In this document: positions 38,350-50,799 of the stretch, piece by piece
Position numbering within the stretch: position 1 is the stretch's first letter
How the letters are laid out: every line of letters starts with the position of its first letter
Assembly: GCF_001194135.2 (NCBI RefSeq)
Contig: NC_068983.1
Location: 152,426,945 to 152,488,184, forward strand
Direction: 5' to 3'
Length of the DNA: 61,240 nt
From: Octopus bimaculoides
Lineage: Eukaryota
Program-made: the position numbers and the translations under genes
The notes under the pieces: generated by a model
What the model was told of the DNA's origin: nothing
Databases searched by the model: none
Seen by the model: the letters and a program-made list of their open reading frames with translations, nothing else

Positions 38350-38927
38350 AGTAATATAATACTATAAACATCAATAGCACTAATGTAAAATTAATGTAAT
38401 TTGTGAGTACAAAATTCTGAGTTCAAGCCCGCGCTGTGCACACTGATAATCTTCCCAAATATTTGCTTATATACAAAGAATGAGGATGCATAGACTTATG
38501 GGAAGAGAGCAGATGTTCTGCTTTGACAAGAGATCGTAATCGGAGGTTTGCAAGAGAATGGTCCCCGTGCTAAAGGCACCCAATATCCATGTGGTCACGT
38601 TAAACCAACTTAAGAGATTACATCTATCGCCAAAGAACAGATAACGAACGTACTCGTAAAATTTTGACGTTTTTGTTTATTTAATTTCACACAAAAGACT
38701 TTGGTTGATTCGACGCTATGGTAAAAAAAAACATTTGCTGAAAATTCCGGAAAAGCTAAACAGGAAACAAGTATCTGAAAAATAAACGTATTAATCAGAC
38801 AGGCACGATTGCATAATTTTACGAAGAATGGTTTTATTAGCTATGTCCCAGTTGATATCCATCATGGTAACGTTGAATGTCAATCAGTTACATAGCACCA
38901 CTACTAAGCAATTGTTCACCACCAATA

Positions 38928-39310
38928 GTTGTTGGCACTCCGTCGCTTACGACGTCGAGGGTTCCAGTTGATCCGATCAACGGAACAACCTGCTCGTGAA
39001 ATTAACGTGCAAGTGGCTGAGCATTCCACAGACACGTGTACCCTTAACGTAGTCCTCGGGGATATTCAGCGTGACACAGTGTGACGAGGCTGACCCTTTG
39101 AATTACAGGCACAACAGAAATAGGAAGTAAGAGTGAGAGAAAGTTGTGGTGAAAGAGTACAGCAGGGTTCGCCACCATCCCCTGTCGGAGCCTCGTGGAG
39201 CTTTAGGTGTTTTCACTGAATAAACACTCACAACGCCCGGTTTGGGAATTGAAACCGCGATCCTATGACCGCGAGTCCACTGCCATAACCACTGGGCCAT
39301 TGCGCCTCCA
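38928..39310 (-). mobile_element. S3 tRNA-derived SINE, full length, with 11-bp TSD
   Basis: Minus head GGCGCAATGGCCCAGTGGTTATGGCAGTGGACTCGCGGTCATAGGATCGCGGTTTCAATTCCC (A and B boxes), tail ending GCCAACAAC; TSD CACCACCAATA at 38917-38927 and 39311-39321. Confidence 0.9.
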
Positions 39311-42111
39311 CACCACCAATAATAAACTAGAAATAAAAATTTGTCCATTCATAAGTTAAATGCAGTTATCATATCTGCTCACTAACATTTTGCTCCAATA
39401 TGGTTTTTGTAAAAATAGATGCGAATATTTCCATAAAAAAAACTATTGTTTTATCAGGAAGACCAGCATCATACATCAAATGACTTAAACGTAGGATTAT
39501 AATCAGTTATACTGAAATTTGCAATTGATTTTCCAGATCCATCAAGAATAATAGGTTAAGTTTAACTCAGAAAAATTCGAATTCAGAAATTAAATTGACG
39601 CACTACTAAATCTGGCAATTTTCTTCCTTAATTTCTAACATGGGTACAAGGCCAAACATTTAGGGGGCATAGTAATGTTGATTGCATCAACATCAGTATT
39701 GCACTGGTACATACTTTATAGACTCCAGAGGGATGAAATACAAAATAGACGTTTACAGGATTTGAGCTTCGAAAGTAAAGTTAAGAAGCAATATTTTGGA
39801 AGGTATTTTGTCTAACGCTATACTTATTTTACAGTCTACACACTTTATGCCAAAGTAAATAGTAATAAATAAATTGTTCTCCAAACCTCTTTTCATAAAT
39901 TCATCAAAACATTCCACAGCAATATATATATATATATATAAGTGTGTGTATAAAGATATGTAGATACATACACACATACATACGTACACAGACAAACGTA
40001 CATACATTATTGTCGTAGCCTATCGTTTGCCGAGAGCTACAACTAGAAGTGCTAAGGCTATCTCTGTTGATGATGGAGAAAACGAATAAAAAAAAACACC
40101 AAGTAAACAGAAGGAGAAATAAACATACAAAAGACCGCGCTAATAAAATAGCTGGTGATGCTCCAAATTTACTAAGTGCCTTAAGCTTATCTTCAGAAAA
40201 CAATGCCCTAGACAAATGCACTTTATATTTTGCAAACAACCTGATCTGCTGGTAGTTAGGGAAAAAAGCGAGAAATATTTGTGTGCTAAATATAGCTTCA
40301 TTTCATGTTAAGGTACGATGCAAACAAGCAATATATACGGTGAAAAAATAAAATATATAAGAAACGAAAAATCCTTATTTACTCACAGAACGAGCGTTTG
40401 CATGAAAGTATGCGTCTGTATCTGTATATGACTCTCTCACTCCTGTGTGTGTATGCGTATGTGTGTCTGTATATGTGTGTTTGCAAAGTTTATTTCCTTT
40501 CTGCTAGAAATGTAGTGTATTCTAGCGTTGTTGTTGAAGAGATAACTCAGTAAATAAATCCTTATTGATGCAAAGAGGCTGCAGCAATGTTGGCATAAAA
40601 AATACTCTATCTAGTTTCATGCAATACTCGAAATTGTTAATTCCTCCTCCACATCTCTTCTTCTTCTTCTCCTCCTCCTCTTCCTCCCCTCCTTCTTCTT
40701 CTTCGTCGTCGTCGTCAGTTAATTTGTTCTCACTTTCTATGATATTGACCTTCCGTTTCGACCTTGCATTGAATTAAAGACGCTAACGAAGGAGACTTTA
40801 TGTGGTCGCTCGATTTGATAGAAATAGTTGCAGCCAATCCTGCTTGAAATCATTCAATAACGTCATTTTAAACTGAAACACACTGAATAATATAGCACTT
40901 CACAAACTGTGCCTGAAAAAAAAAAAAAAGAGACGTGATTGTCAAAATTGGAAAATATTTGACCATGTTACGCGTATGTATTTGTTTTGCAAGATTCTCT
41001 ATGCGAAGTCATATGCTGAAAGAGATATTGTTATATTTCGGGATGATCCCTTGTTTTCCTTTGCCAAATAGCCACACGTACTCTGTGGTTATTTTGCAAA
41101 AATTACCATCCGGAAATATTTGATGAAGTGGTTGATCAGTTTGGTTAAATTAGAACTAGTTAAAATCTCATCGAATTGTAAGATGTGAAATTCAGATCAG
41201 CAGGAACTAAATACCTCTCTAAAATTAAAAAAAAAACACCTTGATAATATAGTTATAGACACACCAAGCTAATACGCAAAATAGAAACAAACAAACGTAA
41301 TGCATTGTTTACAGATGTAATCTCACGAATATTAACTTCTTAGATCCACTGCAGACAAAGATGTAAATGAGAAAAACAACAGTATTATATTTGTATTTTT
41401 ATGCAAAGCGGTAAGAACAGACCATTGATGAAAGCAACAGTAGCAGTGGACAACTGACGAGTGTTCTATTAGTTTACGGTTCTGAAGTTGGCTGTTGGTC
41501 GGGCGTTTTTATTGAATCAGAATATATGTTCAAGTGAAATACACCAGCAGCTCCATGTCTAGTCCTTACATACGAAAAAATGATATAAATAATATCGATT
41601 TTAGTTGGTGATTATACTAATCATTGATTCAATGCAAAATTGATGAGGAAGTAAATCAAAAGAACTTTAATGAAGAATCAATAAGTGGTCGAAGAATCGC
41701 TTAGAATTGAACTTACATCGGCAGAATCTATCAGGTCCCAGGTTAAACAAAAATACAAACAGTATTATTATTTTTTTTGATGAGCAACAGGACAATGTCT
41801 CCTACTGGATGAACATATTCAAGTGAATCGATAAGCTTTCTTCCATGTATTTATCTGCGTCGAGCCCAAAGGGATAAAAGTTAAAATTAATCTAGTTTGT
41901 ATTTGAAATTACTAACAGAGAACACTGAAACTAAATGCATGGTATCAGGCTTCCATTATAAATGTGCTGCGTAATTAGGAATGATTAATTAAAGGAGTGT
42001 AATTAAGAAAATGCAAATTACAATTGTGTAATGAAGAATGCAAAAGAAAATATACTCGGAAATCGTTAGTGAAATTAAGCAAATATGTTGCAAAGATGCA
42101 ACAGATCTTCC

Positions 42112-42143
<32 letters not shown>

Positions 42144-42434
42144 GTGTGTGTGTGTGTGTGTGTGCGTGAGTGTGTGTGTATATATGTATTTATATATATG
42201 TATGTATATATTTAATGTATATATATNNNNNNNNNNNNNNNNNNNNNNNNNNNNNNNNNNNNNNNNNNNNNNNNNNNNNNNNNNNNNNNNNNNNNNNNNN
42301 NNNNNNNNNNNNNNNNNNNNNNNNNNNNNNNNNNNNNNNNNNNNNNNNNNNNNNNNNNNNNNNNNNNNNNNNNNNNNNNNNNNNNNNNNNNNNNNNNNNN
42401 NNNNNNNNNNNNNNNNNNNNNNNNNNNNNNNNNN

Positions 42435-42475
<41 letters not shown>

Positions 42476-42699
42476 TATGTATAAATGCATATATCCGAAT
42501 GTATTACGTGTAGATTTTGTCTGGAATTTGATTTGGTCATTGACTGTTCTTGATATTTGATCATCAAATCAACCTAGCTGTAAACAGGTACCAGGAGATG
42601 CAGCCATTCATTACTATAAGCAGTGGTTTGAATGTAACACTAAGCGATATGATGAAAGTTTATACATCCATCTTGTTGAGATATGTATGACAGTTGTAG

Positions 42700-42850
42700 A
42701 GTCGAGTAGTTTAGTTGTTTAGGGCTTTGCACTTATGATCTTAAGATTGTGATTTCGATTCCTGGACCGGCAATGCGTTAAATTTTCAATCAAAATACTT
42801 CATTTCACGTTTCTGCAGTCCACTCATCTAGCAAAAATGAGTAATATGGT
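42700..42850 (+). mobile_element. S4 SINE, degenerate
   Basis: GTTTAGTTGTTTAGGG...TTTCGATTCCTGGACCGGC...CTTCATTTCACGTT...GTCCACTCA. Confidence 0.65.
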
Positions 42851-43074
42851 GAGGTCGGAACAGGACTGGCAAACCAGCGATGAATGGCGGGCCTGACTAA
42901 GTAAACAAACAAACAGATGTGAACTTCTGGACTTAGCTATCCATAGGTTTACCCGGTGCCGGATATTTTTTTCCTTCGATAATTTATCCCTTGTATGGTA
43001 ATTCGTCGGTCTTATAGTGCATTACTTAATTTGGTTTGAGCAATTATTTCAAACTATGCAACACTGAATGAGCT

Positions 43075-43410
43075 CATCCCTTAGTGGCTGACGATATGTG
43101 CATCTCTGCTTACGAGCAGAAGTAGTGCAGGAGTATCATAGCCATGTGCTGAGAGGAATACTTTGGAGTTTGGATAATTCACCTCTGGAAACATCCTTAA
43201 ACTACCCTTATTCAAGGACCTTTTGAACGGGATGGCAAACTCGTCCTGAAGAAAATTCCAACTTGGCCCCACCTGCAAGGTCATGTGCTTGTTAATCTTG
43301 ATATAACATCACCATGCCACGCACACATTGTTGTGATTCATGTGCCTGGTGTACCCTTATCAGACGGGTAGTCATGATGGGTGTACTGGGCTTCGTATAT
43401 TTTACCGCAG
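43075..43410. repeat. Dispersed repeat, unclassified (copy 1)
   Basis: CCCTTAGTGGCTGACGATATGTGCATCTCTG...ATCATAGCC is shared with the 44405-44780 copy. Confidence 0.7.
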
Positions 43411-43442
43411 CGCCAATTTGATGTCATGCACTACTCTCTCAT

Positions 43443-43444
43443 TC

Positions 43445-43533
<89 letters not shown>

Positions 43534-43565
43534 TAATAATAATAATAATAATAATATTAATAATG

Positions 43566-43605
<40 letters not shown>

Positions 43606-43613
43606 TAATAATA

Positions 43614-43695
<82 letters not shown>

Positions 43696-43716
43696 TAATA
43701 ATAATAATAATAATAT
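43443..43716. repeat. Long (AAT)n with GAT interruptions
   Basis: Read directly. Confidence 0.98.
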
Positions 43717-44404
43717 GGATTCGATTATTTCCAATATTTTGAACATCAGAAATAAGAACAGTAGCATCTCGGTGTAGAAGCGTGTGCATTATATTTCCTT
43801 ATCGTTATTATATGTCACTGGAATATATTCTTCGGGAAATTTTTTCATGGATTACGGTTCGCCTTATATAATATCTATGATTAAAAGAGCCTTGAGAGAA
43901 CCATGAATTTATAAACTGATAACAGACCATGGTTGATGTATCATTGATTCAGTTAGTTATACTTTAACTTATTTATGAAATTTATTTTATTCATTCTAGA
44001 TAGATGGGGGGAAAAAAATGTCGACCTCGGCGGATTTTAACTTCGAAAGTAGATAATTTGGTTTCATTTGATTTGGAACAAGACCAAATCTTCAGGTTTA
44101 GGGAATATCACCTATTGAATCGATTCCAGATTTTTATAAGTACATAATTTATCGACTAGAGAGAAATAGAAGATAAAACGCAGTATCTGAGTATTTCAGC
44201 TGTGAACATAGTATTTATTTTGTATTCTTTTAATCGAGAGAAAAATGAGCAGTGTCCACAGCCACTGCATGCCCTAAAATACTAGTAGAAAAATAAGGCT
44301 AATTGATAAACGGAACTCTGATGTAACTGAATGTTCAAAACAGTGGACAGCTAAACAAATGACCTGGTGTAACTGTCGTTGTTGTTTTTGTCGATCAGTC
44401 TCAG

Positions 44405-44780
44405 ATCGAGCTTAGCAAGCTCAATCAGTAATGCATTCCCTTAGTGGCTGACCATATGTGCATCTCTGATCTCAAACAGGAGTAGTGGGGAAATATCATA
44501 GCCGCGTGTTGAGAGAAATGCTTTAAATAATTCACTCTCGGTAACATAACTGTGTCGTTAATCATCCTTAAGCAAACCTTATTCAAACAACTTTTAAGTT
44601 GGATTATCTGCTCTACCAGAAAAAAATTCTAACTGAGCCCTACTTGCAAGCTCATGCTCTGTCTATCTCGATATGAGGTCACTTTGTCGCGCACAGGAGG
44701 TTGTGGTGCATGCACCATGTGTACCCTAATCAGGCAGGTAGTAAAGTTGGGTATATTGTGCTTCGTATATTTGTTTCGTA
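44405..44780. repeat. Dispersed repeat, unclassified (copy 2)
   Basis: Colinear with 43075-43410, including the GTACCCT.ATCAG.C.GGTAGT segment. Confidence 0.7.
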
Positions 44781-44820
44781 TATTTGTATGTAAGCTTGTG
44801 CTGCTCTCTCTCAATAATAA

Positions 44821-45032
44821 TCCTTTCTACTTTAGGCACAAGGCCTGAAATTTGAGGGAGGGGACTAGTCGATTATAACGACCCCACTACGCCACTGGTA
44901 CTTAATTTATCGACCCCGAAAAGATGAAAGGCAAAATCGATCTCGGCGGAATTTGAACTCAGAACGTAATGGCAGACGAAATACCGCTAAGCATTTCGCC
45001 CGGCCAGCTAATGATTCTGCCAGCTTGCTGTC
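44821..45032 (-). mobile_element. S1 SINE (tail A)
   Basis: Near-consensus reverse complement, flanked by AATAAT. Confidence 0.9.
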
Positions 45033-45042
45033 ATTCTCACTC

Positions 45043-45123
<81 letters not shown>

Positions 45124-46173
45124 GGGATAAAATGATAAGAAACATGCATATCTGTATACACACATACACACATGCATACATACATACATAGATACACGCA
45201 AGCACGCATGCACACACACACATACATAATACATACATAAATACATATATGCATGCATACATACATACATATATGCATACACACATTTATACGCACAGGC
45301 ACCGGTGTATGAATATTTTATATTGAGCGTAATGACTGAATCGAGGTAATTTTGGTAGTGTTTCTAACAGGTATGGCTCCCTGATAAATGCTCAGTTGTT
45401 GGTGTTGTTAAAAATGGATGCCATGTTTATTTTAAAGTCAATGATAATTTCTGTTGCTGTTGGAAGAAAATAAGGGAGTTGTATAATTAACTGTATCAGT
45501 AAAAATGCACGTCTTTCATTTTAGCAACGCGGACAAATGAAATCAAATATTGGAAGATAATCATCGACTTCATCCTGCTACCACTCCCCCCATCTACACA
45601 CACCGTTCGGTAAAAGTTGATATAATGATAAACGAAAATGAAAATTTCCATGAATTTCATGGTTTCATTGAAAGTCTTTTGTATAATTAGGAATTCTTAA
45701 TGAAGAATTCCTAATTAAAAATATGTAAATTAGGATTATGTAATTAAGAATGCAAAAGAAATAATATTTTCGGGAATTGGAGATACTCGTTCAAGGTTCA
45801 TGTGATGCATAGCTCCTTGATCTCTTACAATTTCCATCTCCATTTCTCTTACATTGCTCTTTCTTTCTTTCTATCTTTCTTTCTTTCTTTCGTTCTTTCT
45901 TTCTTCCTTTCTTTCTTCCTTTCTTTCTTTCTTTCTTTACATAAACACGTACATACGCCATATCATATTTTTGGAAACTACAATAGCATTGACTCAAACG
46001 CCATATAGATATTTTACTGTAAGCTCGTATTTATAGATCTAAGAATGAATATCTCAGACTGTTGAGTCCTCAATTCTGAGAACACTGATCACATAGCAGA
46101 AACAGTTATAAGTTAATGAAGGTAATTACGCAAACCTTGTTCATGTATCCTTCTTCAGTTAATAATAATAATA

Positions 46174-46207
<34 letters not shown>

Positions 46208-46217
46208 NNNNNNNNNN

Positions 46218-46261
<44 letters not shown>

Positions 46262-46655
46262 TGATAAAATTAAACATTTAATGATGAGGGAAAAGATCAG
46301 AAATGAATGCTATCGTAGGGTAAGGGCAATACTCAAGACAAAGCTGAATGCAAGAAACAACACTGAAGCGATCAATACTTTAGCTATACCGGTCGGGACT
46401 TACAGTTCAATATTATTAACTAGTCAATTACTGAAATATGTAGTCTTGACAGAAAATGCGAAAATTGTTGACAATAGATAAAATGGACCGCCCTTTAGGC
46501 AGATATAGAACGACTTTACCTGAAAAACTCTGATGACTGGATGTTAAAACTTGTCTTAAAGTATGGAAACAATGAAACATCATATTTAGTAAAAGCAACT
46601 GGCAAAAAAATATCTAAGTGAATTCCAAATGCAACAAATTCCAGAATTAGACGTA
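46262..46655 (+). mobile_element. R4/Dong-like LINE internal fragment (subfamily E)
   Basis: MREKIRNECYRRVRAILKTKLNARNNTEAINTLAIPV..HPLADIERLYL-like segment, internally deleted. Confidence 0.8.
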
Positions 46656-46834
46656 TCAATAGCAATATCGACAGCAACAGCAGCATCCCGAACACTAGTA
46701 GCAGCGGCACTATCGCCAACGATAGCACCGATAACAGCTCCAGCAACAACAGCAACAGCACTAACACGACCAACAGCAGTAGCAGCAGTGTCCACATCAA
46801 CCAATACAGCATCACCAACGCTCGCACACGAAGA

Positions 46835-47173
46835 TGCATCAGTTGTTCCGAGAACACGTACAAGCATCGCCTCTCCAGCCACAGACCTTCTTTCAGGATG
46901 CCGGAAAGGAGATACGCCACGTCCTTAACCAGCCATGTATGGCGGCTGAAAGGCGAGGGAACTCAACACGTGATATCATGGAAGATACTAGAAAATTTAG
47001 ACCCCTACCTCAATGGGACCAAGTGTTGTAAACAGTGCATAGCCGAACGGACGAGTATATTAAATGACTCTCTCGACCTAGGGAACATCCTGAACTTTGG
47101 ACCCTGCTTGCACTTCAGGAAATTTCTGCCGGCGTCCTGGAATCTAAAAGCCAACAGGGTCAATTACGGATAG
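46835..47173 (+). mobile_element. Penelope-like GIY-YIG endonuclease C-terminal part
   Basis: SENTYKHRLSSHRPSFRMPERRYATSLTSHVWRLKGE..ISWKILE..PY..CKQCIAERTSIL..LN..CLHFRKFL matches the PLE endonuclease pattern. Confidence 0.8.
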
Positions 47174-47410
47174 CAGTCAAAGTGAGAGAGTTTCTCTTGT
47201 TCTCGATATATGATGACACAGTTCTACTCCAGTTTCTAGAGAGGCCATACACCAATGGGTTCACGCCCTAATGAAACGCTGTGAAGCCAACCGTTTAATG
47301 GATGTGAAATCCAGGGTAACCCTATGAACTGTTCTAATCTATATTTATCTATATACTCTATTGCACAATAACTTAAAGTCTGCTTCTTTTTTAGATTTAT
47401 GATTTACTGA

Positions 47411-47453
<43 letters not shown>

Positions 47454-48849
47454 NNNNNNNNNNNNNNNNNNNNNNNNNNNNNNNNNNNNNNNNNNNNNNN
47501 NNNNNNNNNNNNNNNNNNNNNNNNNNNNNNNNNNNNNNNNNNNNNNNNNNNNNNNNNNNNNNNNNNNNNATAGTTTTAGGGAAAATAACCAAGTTTCAAG
47601 AACTCATCGATGAAAATCCACTATCACATATAGAAAAATTAATAATTAAAAGCACAATAAATGAGTATAATATAAAGTAAAGTAAATATCATAAGATAAA
47701 TATAATAAAAAGATTACACGTGTTTCATAACTAATTTTCAAATAGAAAAGAAATTTAAATCGATTAAAATGAATTGAAATTATCGAAAATAAGTTCTATT
47801 CAAAAATATAGCTACTCGTCAGATCGTAAGTAGAACAATAATTAGATATATATTTCAACCAACAATAAGTACCAAATGAATTAATATGAAATACTTATTA
47901 TATAAAGATAGAAAAATTATTAAAAATATCATATATATGCACGGTGGGCCTCTTTTGAGTTTCCGTTTACCCAATCCACTCAAAAAGGCACTTGCCCAAG
48001 TTACCGTACTATGGGATTGAAACCAGAACCAATGTTAATTGATTCAAAATGGGATCGATAGAATATGTACCACACTTAAAAATATTAGTACTGGAGTCGA
48101 TCTGCTCGTCTAAAACTCTTACGATGGTCCTCTAGCATGGCTGCAATCCAATGACTGAAAGAAACAAATATTTGTGTATATGTGTGTGTGTGTGTGTGTG
48201 TATGTGTGTGTAAGTGTGCATGCGTGTGTTTATTCTAATGTATATAAGACCTTGGTTTAGTACCTGCAAAGCATTCAGCTTTTCTTTTTCTAAGCAGATA
48301 CCATGTTCTGGATCTGTTATTGTATGGAATAGAATAAATTTTTACCCGCTAGTTTTAATATGCTATGTATTCTGTACTAAAGGCTTCAGATTTAAGCCTA
48401 TAATTGCGTATTCCTCTTTACTGGTCATTGACCGAATAAAAGATACGACTATCACCTTTAAATATAATTTCTCTCTTTATTGCCAGCTGAAAAATCTAGC
48501 TCGATATAGCAACGCAGCAGCTTGGCATTTTCCATTGAAACTAAAAAGATTAGTGACTTGAAAAAGTAGTGATACTGAAATCGCAAAGAGAACGAGGTGA
48601 AACCTCTCAATGATTTCTTCTGTTGGTCTTTGATAATAAAGAATCATCATTTTTCGTGTAACTATACGTTATATATATTGTGTTGGTAAAAAACTTTGTG
48701 GTGTCAGAATATGCTAGGAAAATACATATTTATGCTAACGTATTATAGCTAGAAAATGTTTAGCTGGTTAGATTAGAAAAGGCATTTGCAAGAAAAGGGG
48801 TATGGAAAGGTTATATGCCGTTTTGTATTTATGTTTGTGTATTAAAAAG

Positions 48850-49080
48850 ACGCGTGGTGTAGTGGTTAGTATGTTGGACTCATAATCGTAAGATTGTGGT
48901 TTCGTTTCATGTACCGGGCGACGCATTGTGTTCTTCAGTAAAACCCTTCATTTCACGTTGCTCCTGTCCACTCAGCTGGCAAAAATTAATAATCCTGTGA
49001 CAGACCCGCGTCCCATCCAGGTGGGGAATTTATTCGCCATAGAAACTGGGAAACCAGTTGTTATGTGTCAGCATGGCTCG
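48850..49080 (+). mobile_element. S4 tRNA-derived SINE
   Basis: Head GCGTGGTGTAGTGGTTAG (A box), GGTTTCGTTTC (B-box-like), core CTTCATTTCACGTTGCTCCTGTCCACTCAGCTGG. Confidence 0.8.
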
Positions 49081-49261
49081 AAGAAGTTAACTAACTAAAA
49101 TTAAAAGAAGTTTAACCATCACAAAACTTGTTTAGGAACAGACCGTAGTATGTGAAAGAGTCTCTACTGTTCTTCGTATTCTTACGCCTTTTGCAGTCTT
49201 CCAATTACTTATTTGTGTATGTGAGGTATTTTGTTTTTAATTAATTGCTTAAGAAACAAAA

Positions 49262-49473
49262 AGGCGGTGAGCTGGCAGAATCGTTAGCACGCTGGGCGAA
49301 ATGCTTAGCGGTATTTCACCCGTCGCTACGTTCTCAGTTCAAATTCCACCGAGGTTGACTTTGCCTTTCATCCTTTCAGGGTTGACAAAATAAGTACCAG
49401 TTACAGACTGGGGTCGTTGTAATCGACTTATCCCCTCCCTCAAAATGTCAGGCTTTGTGTCTATTAGAAAGGA
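49262..49473 (+). mobile_element. S1 SINE with ~15-bp TSD
   Basis: TTAATTGCTTAAGAA (49241-49255) / TTAGTTGCTTAAGAA (49474-49488). Confidence 0.92.
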
Positions 49474-49835
49474 TTAGTTGCTTAAGAATCTGTTCTTTAT
49501 CTTTTTCCACTTATAAATTCATTGTTTTGATTTTAGGTTGTTTAATTTTGGCCACTGCAGTGTTATGCATTGTATCATAATTATGTGTGGTAGCTATTTT
49601 GGATATAAAGAATTATTAAGAGTAAATAAAATCGTAAAAGTTTATGAAACAAACCACTTATTATTTTTTCGTTATCTATTCCGGCTATCGAGGAAGGACT
49701 TCCTCGGGCATTTATAATTCATTTTACTAGTAGTCCTGAGAAAATTTCATTTGATAATGCTTGAATGAATCGTGTCTGGAAGGGAAAAGCAAAATAAGTC
49801 TTCACACTAAGAGAATCAAATAATAATAATAACAA

Positions 49836-49907
<72 letters not shown>

Positions 49908-50799
49908 CTAATAGCTACGGGCTAAATAACAACATGGACGTGCACCAAGAAGCTCTCTTCACAAAACGAATTTATTCCAACAACATCGACGAAATGGAAA
50001 GAAAACTTGGCAATGAATCTGAGGGAAATGTTCTTTTAAAGCGCATCAACAATAAAAAAAAGAACGAAATTATTGTTCGATAAAGCATAGTTTCTTTTAC
50101 GCATAACTCAATGTGACACGTGCGAAAAATCGAACAATCGAAAAATCTGAATCAACACCAGGAACTTCGGGATAAATCCGTTATATGCACAGTAAATGCG
50201 TAAACTAATTAGCTACGTATATACCCAGCTGTTTATGCAGATATGTACATGTGTTAATACTTATATACGGCATAAATAATGTTAACACCACACACACACA
50301 AACACACACACGCACACGCACACACACGCAAAAACACGTGTCACAACAACTAAAAGACGTTCCATGAACAGAAAAAGAACAACTAACTACTGAATTTAAA
50401 ATCACCAATAAATTGTCATGCTAGAAGATACATCAAACAAACAAATTAAGAAGAGNNNNNNNNNNNNNNNNNNNNNNNNNNNNNNNNNNNNNNNNNNNNN
50501 NNNNNNNNAGAGAGAGAGAGAGAGAGAGAGAGGAAGGTAGGGAGAGAGAGAGATTTCGTTCTGTAAGCCGCATGCGATTACAATATGAGAAACATATCCA
50601 TTCATAGATCTCCGAGGCGGTCTTCTAACAAAAAAAGTCAACTCAAAACATACAAACCCGTCTCCTAATGCCAATGGCAACAAGCCATAAACCCAACACA
50701 ACAAAGCAGAAACTATTCCGGATCGGTCATCAGTCGGGTGGATAAAGGCTGCGTCATCAACAGCAGAAGCAGTCAGGAGGAGAAAAGTTTGCTATTGTT

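Noticed and set aside
38928-39310. tRNA-like heads of S1-S4 as tRNA genes
   Set aside because: No complete cloverleaf; each continues into a SINE core and tail and several have TSDs.
47260-47325. Possible hammerhead after the PLE endonuclease (CTAATGA...GAAATCC)
   Set aside because: Core is mutated, stem II is unconvincing and there is no correctly placed NUH/stem I.
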